A DNA stretch of 64,000 bases from Thermoplasmata archaeon (GTDB lineage: Archaea; Thermoplasmatota; Thermoplasmata; Lutacidiplasmatales; UBA184), in NCBI GenBank assembly GCA_021817245.1, contig JAKAVQ010000004.1, positions 115,403 through 179,402 of the forward strand. Reading direction: 5' to 3'. Positions 55,215-63,860 of this stretch are shown one piece after another; position 1 is the stretch's first letter, and each line of letters opens with the position of its first letter. Both the position numbers and the translations under genes were made by a program. Below the pieces are notes generated by a model. The model ran no database searches, was not told where the DNA came from, and worked only from the letters and a program-made list of their open reading frames with translations.

Positions 55215-58061
55215 ATGGACCCGACGGTACCGTCCGCGACGTACCGCCTCCAACTCGATGCGCGCTTCGACCTCGATGCCGCCCGACGGCTCCTTCCGTA
55301 CCTCCGCCGGCTCGGCATCGATACCCTCTACCTTTCCCCGGTGCTGGAGTCCCGGCGCGGCAGCCGCCATGGGTACGACGGGGTTCGTCCGGATCGGATC
55401 GATCCCGGGCGCGGGGGGGAGAACGGCTTCCGGCGACTCGTCCGCGACGCCCGGCGGAACCACCTCGCGCTCCTCCTCGACATCGTGCCGAACCACCTCG
55501 CCGCATCGTTGGAGAATCCGGCCTGGGCCGACGTTCTCGCTCGGGGACCGAGCTCGCGGTTCGCCCGCCTGTTCGACATCGACTGGAATCGAGCGCCCGG
55601 TCGGCCGAAGCTCGCGCTTCCCTGGCTCGAAGAAGAGCTCCCCGAAAGCTTCCGGAGCGGCAAGGTCGCGTTCGTTCGGCAAGGCCGCCGCCTCGTGCTT
55701 CGCTGCGGCGGCGTTTGCCTCCCGGTCCCCGGCGACGTTCTGCGTCACCTGCGCTTGACGGAGGGGTCCCGGCGCCGCGGCGGTGCGCGCGAGCGACGGG
55801 CGATCTCCCGCGCGCTCGAGCGCGTGAACGCCGGTAGTTCGGCCGGGGACCGTGCGCTACGGGACGCGCTGCTCGACCGCCTCTGGTATCGATTGATCCC
55901 GTGGCGCTCCTACTCTGAGGTCAACTACCGCCGCTTCGCCGACGTCGCCGATCTCGTCGCCGTGCGCTCCGACACGCCCTTCGGGTTTCGGGCCGTTCAC
56001 GGTCGGCTCCTCGCCGCCGTCGCCGCCGGAGGGATCCGGGGGGTCCGGGTCGACCACGTCGACGGGATCGCACGGCCAGCCGTGTACCTCCGCCGCCTAC
56101 GTCGCGCGCTCGACCGGGCGCGCCCGAAAGGCGCCGGGGCTCGGCCGTACGTCGTCGTGGAGAAGATCCTCTCCCCCGAGGAACGGCTGCGGGCGGACTG
56201 GCCCGTAGATGGCACGACGGGCTACGAGGCGCTCCACCGGATCACCGGGGTCTTGCTGCCGGCCGCCTCCGGACCGGCTCTGGACTCGGCCTATCGACGC
56301 GTCTGCCCGCGGAGCCCGAACGACTACGGCGCGATCGCGTTCGCGGCGAAGCGGGAGGTCATCGACCGGCTGTTCCCGGGCGAACGGGCCGCACTGGCGC
56401 GACGGCTTTCCGTTGTCCGTGCCGACCCCCCGGCCTCGGAGGAGCGGTGGCGTGACGCGATCGGAGGGCTGACGGCGGCGCTCTCCGTCTACCGGACCTA
56501 TCTGCGGCCGGAGGGCGTCGCGCAGGAGGACCTCGCGTACCTGCGGGCCGCGCGCCGGGAACTCTCGTCGCGGGACCCCTCCCTCGCCGCGACGGCAGAG
56601 AGCCGGGCCCTTCTGCGCGGGCTCGGATCCGGCGAGCTGGTGCGCCGGGCGCCCGAGGCGGTCGAGCGGTGGCAGCAGTGGAGCACGGCGGTGGCTGCGA
56701 AGGGGACGGAGGACACGGCGTTCTACCGGTTCCCACGCTTTCTCGGCGCGAACGAGGTCGGTGGAGATCCGGCGAAGGTCGGCAGTTCTCTCCAGGAGTT
56801 CCACGCGTTCATGGCCGAACGCGCGCGGCGCTGGCCTGACGGACTCACTGCCACGTCGACCCATGATTCGAAATGGGGGGAGGACGCCCGCGCGCGCGCG
56901 ATCGCGCTCGGGGAGCACGCCGCCGACTGGTCGCGGGCCGCCGACCGGTGGGCCCGGCGGCTCTTGACGGCCTCGGGGACGGTCACGCGGGCTGGTGGAT
57001 CCGGCTCGGCGGAGACGTACCGGCTCTTCCAGGTCTGGGCCATGACCGCTCCGGCGGACCGGCCGTTCGGCGCAAGCTATCTGCGCCGCCTCGAGGACCA
57101 CGTCCGCAAGGCGACGCGGGAGGCGAAGCAGGAGAGCTCCTGGACCCTCCCGGATCTGACGACCGAGGACCGGCGGATCGCGACTGTGAGGCACCTGGCC
57201 CGGGCTCCCGGCGCCGACCGTTTCCGCCGCGAATTCTCCCGCTGGCTCCGTCGCCTGGACCGTTTCGGTCGGTACTACGCGCTCGCCCAGGTCGCTCTCC
57301 GTACGACGGTGCCGGGAATCCCGGACCTCTACCAGGGATCGGAGGGCTGGAACCTCTCGATGGTGGACCCGGACAACCGGCGGGAGGTCCGGTTCCGACG
57401 CTTCGAACGCGGGTTGCAGCAGCTCGACCGCGAGGGCCTTCACGCCCGGATCCCCGAACGCCGGCTGCGACCGGGGCGCACCGGTCCGGGCGAGCTCCTC
57501 AAGCTCGCGGTCACCGCGCGTCTCCTCCGCTACCGCGCCGCAAACCCGCTCCTCTTCGCTCAGGGCCGCTACCTTCCGCTCAATGAGCTCGGGCGCCCGA
57601 ACGTTCCGGACCCGGTCCTCGCCTTTGCGCGCCGGACCGAGCGGGCGTGGCTCCTGACGGTCGTGGGCCGCGGTCTCGCCGCGGTCGCCGGGACGACCTG
57701 GCGGGGGCCGATCGGTTCCCGGTGGCGAGGCCGCGCCCTCCGGCTTCCGCGCACGGCGCCGGGGGAATGGACGGATGTGCTCACGGGCCGGACGACCGCC
57801 GCGACCCGCCGGGGCCCCGATCGCGTCCTTCTCCTGGAGCGGCTCTTCGCCGACCTTCCCCTCGCCGTGCTGTCGGGAGGCGATGCGGACCCACTCCCTC
57901 CGGCCCGCAGCGGAGGCACCGGCCCGGTCGAGAGATCTCGGATCCGGCGGGCCGGGCCGGTCAATCGAAGCGGGGGGCCGACGCGACGAGCCGTTCCAGC
58001 TCCGGCCGCTCGGGGGCGCCGGGCGGGAGGGACTCGAGCGCGGAGGGGTGGCCCGGGGTGA
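55215..58061 (+). CDS. treY: malto-oligosyltrehalose synthase
   Basis: TYRLQLDARFDLDAARRLLPYLRRLGIDTLYLSPVLESRRGSRHGYD, LLDIVPNHL, VRVDHVDG and TSTHDSKWGEDAR are TreY signatures. The ATG abuts the GH57 TAG. The last 57 codons or so are an Arg/Gly/Pro-rich tail that overlaps the convergent gene. Confidence 0.88.
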   Translation: MDPTVPSATYRLQLDARFDLDAARRLLPYLRRLGIDTLYLSPVLESRRGSRHGYDGVRPDRIDPGRGGENGFRRLVRDARRNHLALLLDIVPNHLAASLENPAWADVLARGPSSRFARLFDIDWNRAPGRPKLALPWLEEELPESFRSGKVAFVRQGRRLVLRCGGVCLPVPGDVLRHLRLTEGSRRRGGARERRAISRALERVNAGSSAGDRALRDALLDRLWYRLIPWRSYSEVNYRRFADVADLVAVRSDTPFGFRAVHGRLLAAVAAGGIRGVRVDHVDGIARPAVYLRRLRRALDRARPKGAGARPYVVVEKILSPEERLRADWPVDGTTGYEALHRITGVLLPAASGPALDSAYRRVCPRSPNDYGAIAFAAKREVIDRLFPGERAALARRLSVVRADPPASEERWRDAIGGLTAALSVYRTYLRPEGVAQEDLAYLRAARRELSSRDPSLAATAESRALLRGLGSGELVRRAPEAVERWQQWSTAVAAKGTEDTAFYRFPRFLGANEVGGDPAKVGSSLQEFHAFMAERARRWPDGLTATSTHDSKWGEDARARAIALGEHAADWSRAADRWARRLLTASGTVTRAGGSGSAETYRLFQVWAMTAPADRPFGASYLRRLEDHVRKATREAKQESSWTLPDLTTEDRRIATVRHLARAPGADRFRREFSRWLRRLDRFGRYYALAQVALRTTVPGIPDLYQGSEGWNLSMVDPDNRREVRFRRFERGLQQLDREGLHARIPERRLRPGRTGPGELLKLAVTARLLRYRAANPLLFAQGRYLPLNELGRPNVPDPVLAFARRTERAWLLTVVGRGLAAVAGTTWRGPIGSRWRGRALRLPRTAPGEWTDVLTGRTTAATRRGPDRVLLLERLFADLPLAVLSGGDADPLPPARSGGTGPVERSRIRRAGPVNRSGGPTRRAVPAPAARGRRAGGTRARRGGPG

Positions 58062-58974
58062 CCGAATAGGCCTCGATGAGCTCGGGACCTGCCACGACCG
58101 CGGCCAGATAGCGATCGGCGCCCGGGGCGGAGAAGACGAGGAGCCCCCGCGGTCCGGCGATGCGGATCCTCCGGACGAGGCCGGGGGTGGACGAAGAGGA
58201 GGGCGGAAGCTCCCGCCAGGAGGGATCGCCGTGCCGCACGAGCGTCTCCGACCGGAAGCGGGCTTCCTCCGCCGTCGTGGGTGCCCCGGGACGGACGCGA
58301 AAGAGGCCCTCCGCCTCGAACGCCGTAACGAGCTGGGTCGTGAGCTCCTCCGCCCTGGGCACGGTGCCCGCCTCCGCCTCCCAGGAGGAGACGGCTCGCT
58401 CGACCTCCCGCCGGAGCAACGGCCGGAGGGCGGGGTCGGGAAGCCGGTACAGGTCCGCCATCGCTCGGTGGTCCGTCCGGAGGAGGAAACCACCGACCAG
58501 GATGTGGGCTCCCTCCCAGTCGCCCCCGGCGTTCCCCGAGACCTTGCGGTCCCCCACCACGATATCGCTCGGAGGACGCAGGGACGCCGGCAGTCCCAGC
58601 TGCCGGGCCGCGCGCACCGGGGCCGCGAGGTAGTGTGCGAGGTCGCCGGGGCCGCCCGGTCCCCCGCCGTCGTCGCGGTACACGAGCTGGTAGAACAGCT
58701 GGTCGCGATCGAGGTACGTCGTCCCCCCGCCCTCCACCCGACGCAGGACCGGAAGGCGGCGACGTTCGAGGAACCCGGGGTCGATCTCCTCCCGGAACGA
58801 CTGGTGGAATCCGAGGGAGACGTACGGGGCCGACGGGCGGACGATGATGAGCGTGTTGGGAGCGAGGCCGCGACCGACCGCCTCGGCCAGCGCTTCGACG
58901 AACGTCTGGGCCCGAGCCGGTTCCGCGATGCCGAGCTCGAGGAGCCGCCAGACGGGCAGTTCTCCGCCCGCCAT
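57961..58974 (-). CDS. lipoate-protein ligase-like protein (second copy)
   Basis: ATG at 58974 (MAGGELPVWRLLELG) within track ORF 57961..59178. It has LIIVRPSAPYVSLGFHQ, VLRRVEGGGTTYLD and a catalytic Lys in VGDRKVSGNAGG. Confidence 0.8.
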   Translation of the reverse strand: MAGGELPVWRLLELGIAEPARAQTFVEALAEAVGRGLAPNTLIIVRPSAPYVSLGFHQSFREEIDPGFLERRRLPVLRRVEGGGTTYLDRDQLFYQLVYRDDGGGPGGPGDLAHYLAAPVRAARQLGLPASLRPPSDIVVGDRKVSGNAGGDWEGAHILVGGFLLRTDHRAMADLYRLPDPALRPLLRREVERAVSSWEAEAGTVPRAEELTTQLVTAFEAEGLFRVRPGAPTTAEEARFRSETLVRHGDPSWRELPPSSSSTPGLVRRIRIAGPRGLLVFSAPGADRYLAAVVAGPELIEAYSVTPGHPSALESLPPGAPERPELERLVASAPRFD

Positions 58975-58991
58975 CGAGGGGTCCGCGCCGC

Positions 58992-59390
58992 TCACCCCGT
59001 ACCCTCGGACCCGACCGGCGTTCCCAGCCGCTCGAGCGCCTCGGGATCCTTCGGCTTCCAGCGACACAGCCAGGCCGCCCCGAGCGGGTCCCGGTGGAGG
59101 AGGCTGGGGTCGCTCTCGAGCGCTGAGTTCGTGTCGAGGACCGTCCCATCGACGGGCAGCGCGAGATGTCCGACCCACTTGTCCGACTCGATCGACATCG
59201 CCGGCTCGCGGGCCCGGTAATATCGACCGGGCTCCGGCCCCCGGTACCGGGCGACCCGCCCGGCGCGTCGCTCGGCCCCGTCGGTCAGTCCGAGCAAGTA
59301 GCTCCCGTCGGCCTCCCGGCGGTACCAGAGATCGGGGCCCACCGCGCAGGCCTTCCCCGGAGGGAGCGCGGATGCGGCCGACGGGCTCAT
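58992..59390 (-). CDS. lbpA: lipoate-binding protein LbpA (GcvH-like), second copy
   Basis: 132 aa with lipoyl-lysine motif MSIESDKWVGHLALPVDGTV and DPLGAAWLCR. It ends 17 nt upstream of the ligase gene. Confidence 0.8.
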   Translation of the reverse strand: MSPSAASALPPGKACAVGPDLWYRREADGSYLLGLTDGAERRAGRVARYRGPEPGRYYRAREPAMSIESDKWVGHLALPVDGTVLDTNSALESDPSLLHRDPLGAAWLCRWKPKDPEALERLGTPVGSEGTG

Positions 59391-59394
59391 CGCC

Positions 59395-60081
59395 CTAGTG
59401 GGGGGGCGCGGCGGTGGCGCGACCGAGCCGTTTCAGGAGGACGAGCGCGACCTTGAGGCCCCGTTGGGTCTCGGGATCGCCGAGCGCGCGTCCGAGGGAG
59501 AAGATCCCCGATACCTCGGGAATCTCCTGGATCGCCTTCTCGCGCGCGTTGGGGTCGCCGAGCACCTCGGTCGAGTCGGAGAGCATCGCGAGCGTCGGTG
59601 CGGCCCGGACGGCCGCATGGACGAGCGGCTCGATCTCCTCCTTCGGCGGCAACGACTCGACGAAGTGGATCCAGCCGATGGCGGAAGCGCCGGCGTGAGC
59701 CACCATGTGGTCCGTCGTCGCCTGGGAGACGCCGACGAGACCCTCCGCGAGCGTCACGAGCGTCTCGAGGGCACCGGTCTCCTTCCATTCGGCGAGCCGG
59801 TCGATGAGGTAGAGGACGGTGTCCCGACGCCGCTCGTCCTGGGCGATCCAGTCGAGCAGCGAGAGCGCCCCGATGAGGGTGGAGCCGGCCGAGACCAGCA
59901 TGCGGTCGGTGACCGCGTCGGAGACCCCGACCGCTCCCTCGGCGAGGGAGAACAGGCGGTCGAGCGTCCCGTCCGACTGCCAGCGGGCGAGCCGCTCTCC
60001 GAGGAGCTGGAGGGTGGCGGTGCCGTCGGGGGGCGAGGTCGGCGTGGGGGTGGGGGACGATGCGGCAGGAGGTGCAGTCAT
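59395..60081 (-). CDS. DUF1641-like protein
   Basis: ATG at 60081 in track ORF 59395..60762. It has two internal repeats (LDRLFSLAEGAVGVSDAVTDRMLVSAGS / LETLVTLAEGLVGVSQATTDHMVAHAGA), typical of the DUF1641 proteins that accompany NADH-dehydrogenase/SQR-like flavoproteins. Confidence 0.6.
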   Translation of the reverse strand: MTAPPAASSPTPTPTSPPDGTATLQLLGERLARWQSDGTLDRLFSLAEGAVGVSDAVTDRMLVSAGSTLIGALSLLDWIAQDERRRDTVLYLIDRLAEWKETGALETLVTLAEGLVGVSQATTDHMVAHAGASAIGWIHFVESLPPKEEIEPLVHAAVRAAPTLAMLSDSTEVLGDPNAREKAIQEIPEVSGIFSLGRALGDPETQRGLKVALVLLKRLGRATAAPPH

Positions 60082-60092
60082 GGTGGCACCCC

Positions 60093-61241
60093 TCAGAACA
60101 GCGCCCGCGCCGTCAAGTCCCAGTACGTCCGGTTGTAGATCACTTTGTTCCAGTAGTGCGCGAACGACGGGGTCGGCGGGTGCGGGGGGTGCAGGTAGTC
60201 GAACTTGATGTACGTCGCCTGGGCGAGACCGGTCATGATCCAGCAGTAGACCCGGCCCTCGTAGCGGGCGGTCGGCGTCTCCCCCCGGACCATGGACGCG
60301 ACGTTCTGCGTGACGACCTCCGCCTCGTAGTCGGCGGTCGATCCCGCCTTCGAGATCGGGATGTTGGTCGCATCCCCGAGCACGAAGACGTTCTCCTTTC
60401 CGTCGGCCTTGAGGCTGTAGCGGTCCGTCGGGATCCAGTTCCCCTTGTCGCCGAGCCCGGATGCGCCGACGTAATCGGAGCCCCGGTGCGGGGGAATCGC
60501 GATGAGCAGGTCGTAGGGGATCGATTCCCCCTCGACGCCCTTGATCGTCTTTCCCGCCGGATCGATCTTCTCGACGTTGAACGGGATGTGGATGTTGACG
60601 CCGCGCTCGCCCATCAGGCGCTGCATCGGAGCGGCGACCGTGTCGATCCCGAAGACCTTCGGGATCGGGTAGGTGTAGTGGATCTCGCACTTCTCGCGGA
60701 TCCCGCGGGATCGGAGGAAGTCGTCGAGCATGAACGTCACCTCGAGCGGAGCGACCGGGCACTTGTACGGCATTCCCGCGACCGAGATCACGACCTTCCC
60801 GCCCGAGAAGGAATGCAGTGCCGTGCGCAGCTTCTGGGCGTTGGCGAGGTCGTAGAAACTGTGCGCTCCCTCGACAAAACCGGGGGTAAGCTCGGGGTGA
60901 ATCACCGAGCCGCTCGCGATGACCAGGATGTCGTACGTGAGCTCCTTGCCTCCCTTCAGGAGGATCTTGTTCGCGGCGGAGTCCACCTTCTCGACCTCCG
61001 CCTTCACGAGCTGGATGGAGTGGTGGAGCAACTGGCTCTCGTCCCGACGGGTCTCCTCGGGACGCATCTTCTCGAAGACGACCATGAGGTAGCCCGGTTG
61101 GTAGGCATGGATGCCTTCCCGGTCGACCAGCTGGATCTGGACCTGGCCTCCTGCGACCTCGGCCTCCAGCGCCTTGCGAATCCGGTTCGCCACCGTCGTT
61201 CCGCCGATGCCGCCTCCCAGTACGACCACACGCTTCGCCAC
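60093..61241 (-). CDS. sulfide:quinone oxidoreductase-like FAD-dependent pyridine nucleotide-disulfide oxidoreductase
   Basis: GTG at 61241 is preceded by GGAGGA. FAD site KRVVVLGGGIGG, PYKCPVAPLE (SQR-type conserved Cys segment), FVLGDATNIP, and a C-terminal Cys in GRVYCWIMTG. Confidence 0.75.
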   Translation of the reverse strand: MAKRVVVLGGGIGGTTVANRIRKALEAEVAGGQVQIQLVDREGIHAYQPGYLMVVFEKMRPEETRRDESQLLHHSIQLVKAEVEKVDSAANKILLKGGKELTYDILVIASGSVIHPELTPGFVEGAHSFYDLANAQKLRTALHSFSGGKVVISVAGMPYKCPVAPLEVTFMLDDFLRSRGIREKCEIHYTYPIPKVFGIDTVAAPMQRLMGERGVNIHIPFNVEKIDPAGKTIKGVEGESIPYDLLIAIPPHRGSDYVGASGLGDKGNWIPTDRYSLKADGKENVFVLGDATNIPISKAGSTADYEAEVVTQNVASMVRGETPTARYEGRVYCWIMTGLAQATYIKFDYLHPPHPPTPSFAHYWNKVIYNRTYWDLTARALF

Positions 61242-61261
61242 AGTTTCCTCCGTTCCGTTCG

Positions 61262-61540
61262 TTACTCGTGCGACTTGCGGATCACGTACCGGTCGAAACC
61301 GGACTCGTTCTCCACCTTGATCAGCTCGTGTCCGGCCTTCGTGAGCCACATCGGGACATCCTTGCGGGACCCCTCGTCGCTCGAGAGCAGCTCGAACTCG
61401 GTGCCGACCGGCTCCTCCTTGATCACGCGGACCAGCTCCATGAGCGGGCCGGGGCACCAGCTGCCCCGGGCATCGACGACCATCCGGTGGAGGTCCTTCC
61501 CTTCCGGGTCCACGGCCGGTGGGACAGCGTCTCCGCTCAT
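61262..61540 (-). CDS. tusA: sulfurtransferase TusA family protein
   Basis: VVDARGSWCPGPLMELVRVIKE is the Cys-Pro-x-Pro TusA motif. Confidence 0.88.
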   Translation of the reverse strand: MSGDAVPPAVDPEGKDLHRMVVDARGSWCPGPLMELVRVIKEEPVGTEFELLSSDEGSRKDVPMWLTKAGHELIKVENESGFDRYVIRKSHE

Positions 61541-61974
61541 ATGAAGTAACTGACGCTGGCCGATCGCGTGCGGTCGATGAACGTCGCCACTCCCGTCACG
61601 CTTTCCACCAGGGGGTCGAGGTCCGCCTTCGTGAGACCGAGGATCTCCATCGACTGGGAGCAGGCGTAGATGTGGAGCTCGCCGAGCGATTTCGCCATCT
61701 CGAGGATCGCCTTCCAGTTCGGGGCGTTCTTGCGGCGGAGCGCCTCCTCGAGCGCCGTTCCGCCTTCCCCATGGCCGGGGCTCACCGATGCGGGGGGCGG
61801 GCCGGCACGGGCCTTGAAGGCGACGAGACCCCAGTAGCTCGCGAAGACGTCGACCCTCATGCCCATCGCGATCGCCCCGCTCACCAGCGTCGCGAACGGG
61901 AGCAGCTTGTCGGCGGCATCCTCCGTGAGGACGATCGCCATCTGTTCGTTCGGGGGGGCCGCGTCGTCCGCCAT
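61537..61974 (-). CDS. DsrE/DsrF-like family sulfur-carrier protein
   Basis: MAIVLTEDAADKLLPFATLVSGAIAMGMRVDVFASYWGL ... LHIYACSQSMEILGL is the DsrE-family pattern. ATGA overlap with the downstream tusA. Confidence 0.8.
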   Translation of the reverse strand: MADDAAPPNEQMAIVLTEDAADKLLPFATLVSGAIAMGMRVDVFASYWGLVAFKARAGPPPASVSPGHGEGGTALEEALRRKNAPNWKAILEMAKSLGELHIYACSQSMEILGLTKADLDPLVESVTGVATFIDRTRSASVSYFI

Positions 61975-61998
61975 GCGCGGCCCCCCCTTCCCCCCGCT

Positions 61999-62454
61999 CT
62001 AGATGAACAGGGTGAGGGCGTCCGGCCGGGACGCAAGCTCGAGATACGTGCTCGCCCCGATCACGTCATCGACCTCGTTCACCAGGCTCGACTTGGTCAT
62101 GCCGAACATGTCCATCGTCGGCGAGCAGGCGTGGATGTGAACCCCGGCCTGCTTCGCCTGCTGCATGAACTGCTCGACCGTAGGGAACTTCGCGGCGATC
62201 GCCCGCTGCATCTCGGGCGGGAAGACGTCCATCGACTTCTTGCGTCCCTCGGGGGTCAAGAGCTGCATCCCCCAGAACGTGAAGTAGATGTGCGCGTCCA
62301 TTCCGAGCGCCCTCGCCGTGGTCGCGAGGATGAGCGAGGGGTAGGCCATGTCGGCTCCACCCTTCGACATCACGAGGATGAGGGACTTCTTTCCCTCGCG
62401 CTTCGCCGCTTCGATCGTCTCTGTGCCCTTCGCCGCCGCTGCTCCTCCTGTCAT
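61999..62454 (-). CDS. DsrE/DsrF-like family sulfur-carrier protein
   Basis: ATG at 62454 is preceded by GGAGGA. LILVMSKGGADMAYPSLILATTARALGMDAHIYFTFWGM ... VHIHACSPTMDMFGM. The rest of track ORF 61999..62964 is rejected. Confidence 0.8.
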   Translation of the reverse strand: MTGGAAAAKGTETIEAAKREGKKSLILVMSKGGADMAYPSLILATTARALGMDAHIYFTFWGMQLLTPEGRKKSMDVFPPEMQRAIAAKFPTVEQFMQQAKQAGVHIHACSPTMDMFGMTKSSLVNEVDDVIGASTYLELASRPDALTLFI

Positions 62455-62477
62455 GGTTCCTCCGGTTCCCCCTTTCC

Positions 62478-62714
62478 TTACTTGTGTTCCAGCACGAATC
62501 GGTACGTTCCCGCGTCCTCGGTATGCTCGCGCAACGGGTGGCCGGTGCGCTTCGAGAACGCGACGAAATCCGACGGAGCCGCCGGATCGTCGGCGAGCAC
62601 TTCGAGCCGCTCGCCCGGCTTCAACGACTCGATCATCTGACTCGCCTTCAGGATCGGCATCGGACAGAAGAGTCCCCGCGCGTCGAGCCGAGCGTTCGTA
62701 GCCGAAGCGGTCAT
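62478..62714 (-). CDS. tusA: sulfurtransferase TusA family protein
   Basis: LDARGLFCPMPILKASQMIESL is the canonical TusA motif. 78 aa. Confidence 0.9.
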   Translation of the reverse strand: MTASATNARLDARGLFCPMPILKASQMIESLKPGERLEVLADDPAAPSDFVAFSKRTGHPLREHTEDAGTYRFVLEHK

Positions 62715-62758
62715 GAAAACAATCCTCGCCGGGGGATACCGACTTCGCTATTTTGACT

Positions 62759-63172
62759 TTACGATTGTCCAAGTAGCGCGTCGCGGCCGATCCCTTCTCC
62801 GGACCGGGAGTCGTGGATCCGCACGTCGCGTCGCTCAACGATCGTGCCCTTCGGCACCGTGAGGACGTTTCGATAGGCCGGGAAGAGGTCCTTTCCGTAC
62901 CTCTCCTCCAGCAGGGGATTCTCCTCGCGCAACGCGACCTCCCCGAGCGCGAGGAACTCGTCATCTTCCCGCAGGAGGATCCCGCCGGCGTGGAAGATCG
63001 GACCCGGGATCCGTTCGGGCCGGTCCGGGAACTCGAGCGGGTTCGGGTCTCGGTACCGGACGTAGACCAGGACGACCTCGGGCGAGGGGGCGCCGGCGAC
63101 CTCGGAAGGTCGCAACGGCGCCTCCGGGTGCATCGGCAGGGGAGTGAACGGCACAGGGACCTCCTCGGTCAT
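62759..63172 (-). CDS. hypothetical protein, cysteine-free, translationally coupled to the dsrEFH-like genes
   Basis: ATG at 63172 overlaps the upstream gene stop (ATGA). 137 aa, MTEEVPVPFTPLPMHPEAPL...VVLVYVRYRDPNPLEFPD...GGILLREDDEFLALGEV... No family recognised and no Cys. Confidence 0.5.
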   Translation of the reverse strand: MTEEVPVPFTPLPMHPEAPLRPSEVAGAPSPEVVLVYVRYRDPNPLEFPDRPERIPGPIFHAGGILLREDDEFLALGEVALREENPLLEERYGKDLFPAYRNVLTVPKGTIVERRDVRIHDSRSGEGIGRDALLGQS

Positions 63173-63495
63173 GAGAGCTGGACCACCTTCTCGGCCGACA
63201 TGAGCGCTTCGACCAGCTCCGGATAGGTCACCGTCCGGCCGAGCGCCCCCGGGGGCAGCCGTAGTCCGCGTCCCGACCGGTCGGCCTCGAGGACCCAGCA
63301 GGGGACGTCCGGCACGGTCGGAGCGCTCGCTGAGCGTTCGGCGTCGTACGCCGCGGTGCCGGTCAGCACCTCGACCACTTCGCGCTCGATCTCGCGGGCC
63401 TCCCGCACCACTTCCCTCAACACGCCGGCCTCCTCGACGGACAACGGTCCGGACCGCACGAGGATCCAGCGCCGGGGCTCGATCCCGGCGCTCAC
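63169..63495 (-). CDS. DsrH/TusB-like protein
   Basis: The C-terminus TVTYPELVEALMSAEKVVQLS resembles the DsrH/TusB C-terminal pattern. It is third in an E-F-H-like gene order. GTG at 63495 overlaps the upstream TGA; an alternative GTG is at 63516. Confidence 0.55.
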   Translation of the reverse strand: MSAGIEPRRWILVRSGPLSVEEAGVLREVVREAREIEREVVEVLTGTAAYDAERSASAPTVPDVPCWVLEADRSGRGLRLPPGALGRTVTYPELVEALMSAEKVVQLS

Positions 63496-63860
63496 AGGGG
63501 GACCACCTTCCCGCACCGAACCACCCAGCGGGCGGCCTCAGCGTCGTCCACGATTGCGACCGGCACATCGAAGCGGAGCGCACCGGGGTCAAGGCCCCGC
63601 CGCGCGAGCGACGGGCCGTGGACAAGGGCCGGCCGCTCCGGGGTCACGATCCCCGCGAGCGACTTCGCGATCGGCGGACCATAGCGAAATGGCTCCGGGC
63701 CCGGGACGACCGCCCGCACTCCTTCGGCGACGAACAGGAAACGCACCGTCTCTCCCAGCGCGGTCGCCATCGCCGCCAACCGGATCGACTCCGCGAGATG
63801 CACCGTCGAGAACGGTGGGCTCCGCACCCAGAGTAGGGTCGATGGGGGTCGGTCCGTCAC
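63492..63860 (-). CDS. DsrF/TusC-like protein
   Basis: 122 aa: LLWVRSPPFSTVHLAESIRLAAMATALGETVRFLFVAEGV shows the DsrE/F-fold pattern without the active-site Cys segment. It sits between the DsrE-like and DsrH-like genes. The GTG start overlaps the upstream TGA. Confidence 0.6.
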   Translation of the reverse strand: MTDRPPSTLLWVRSPPFSTVHLAESIRLAAMATALGETVRFLFVAEGVRAVVPGPEPFRYGPPIAKSLAGIVTPERPALVHGPSLARRGLDPGALRFDVPVAIVDDAEAARWVVRCGKVVPL

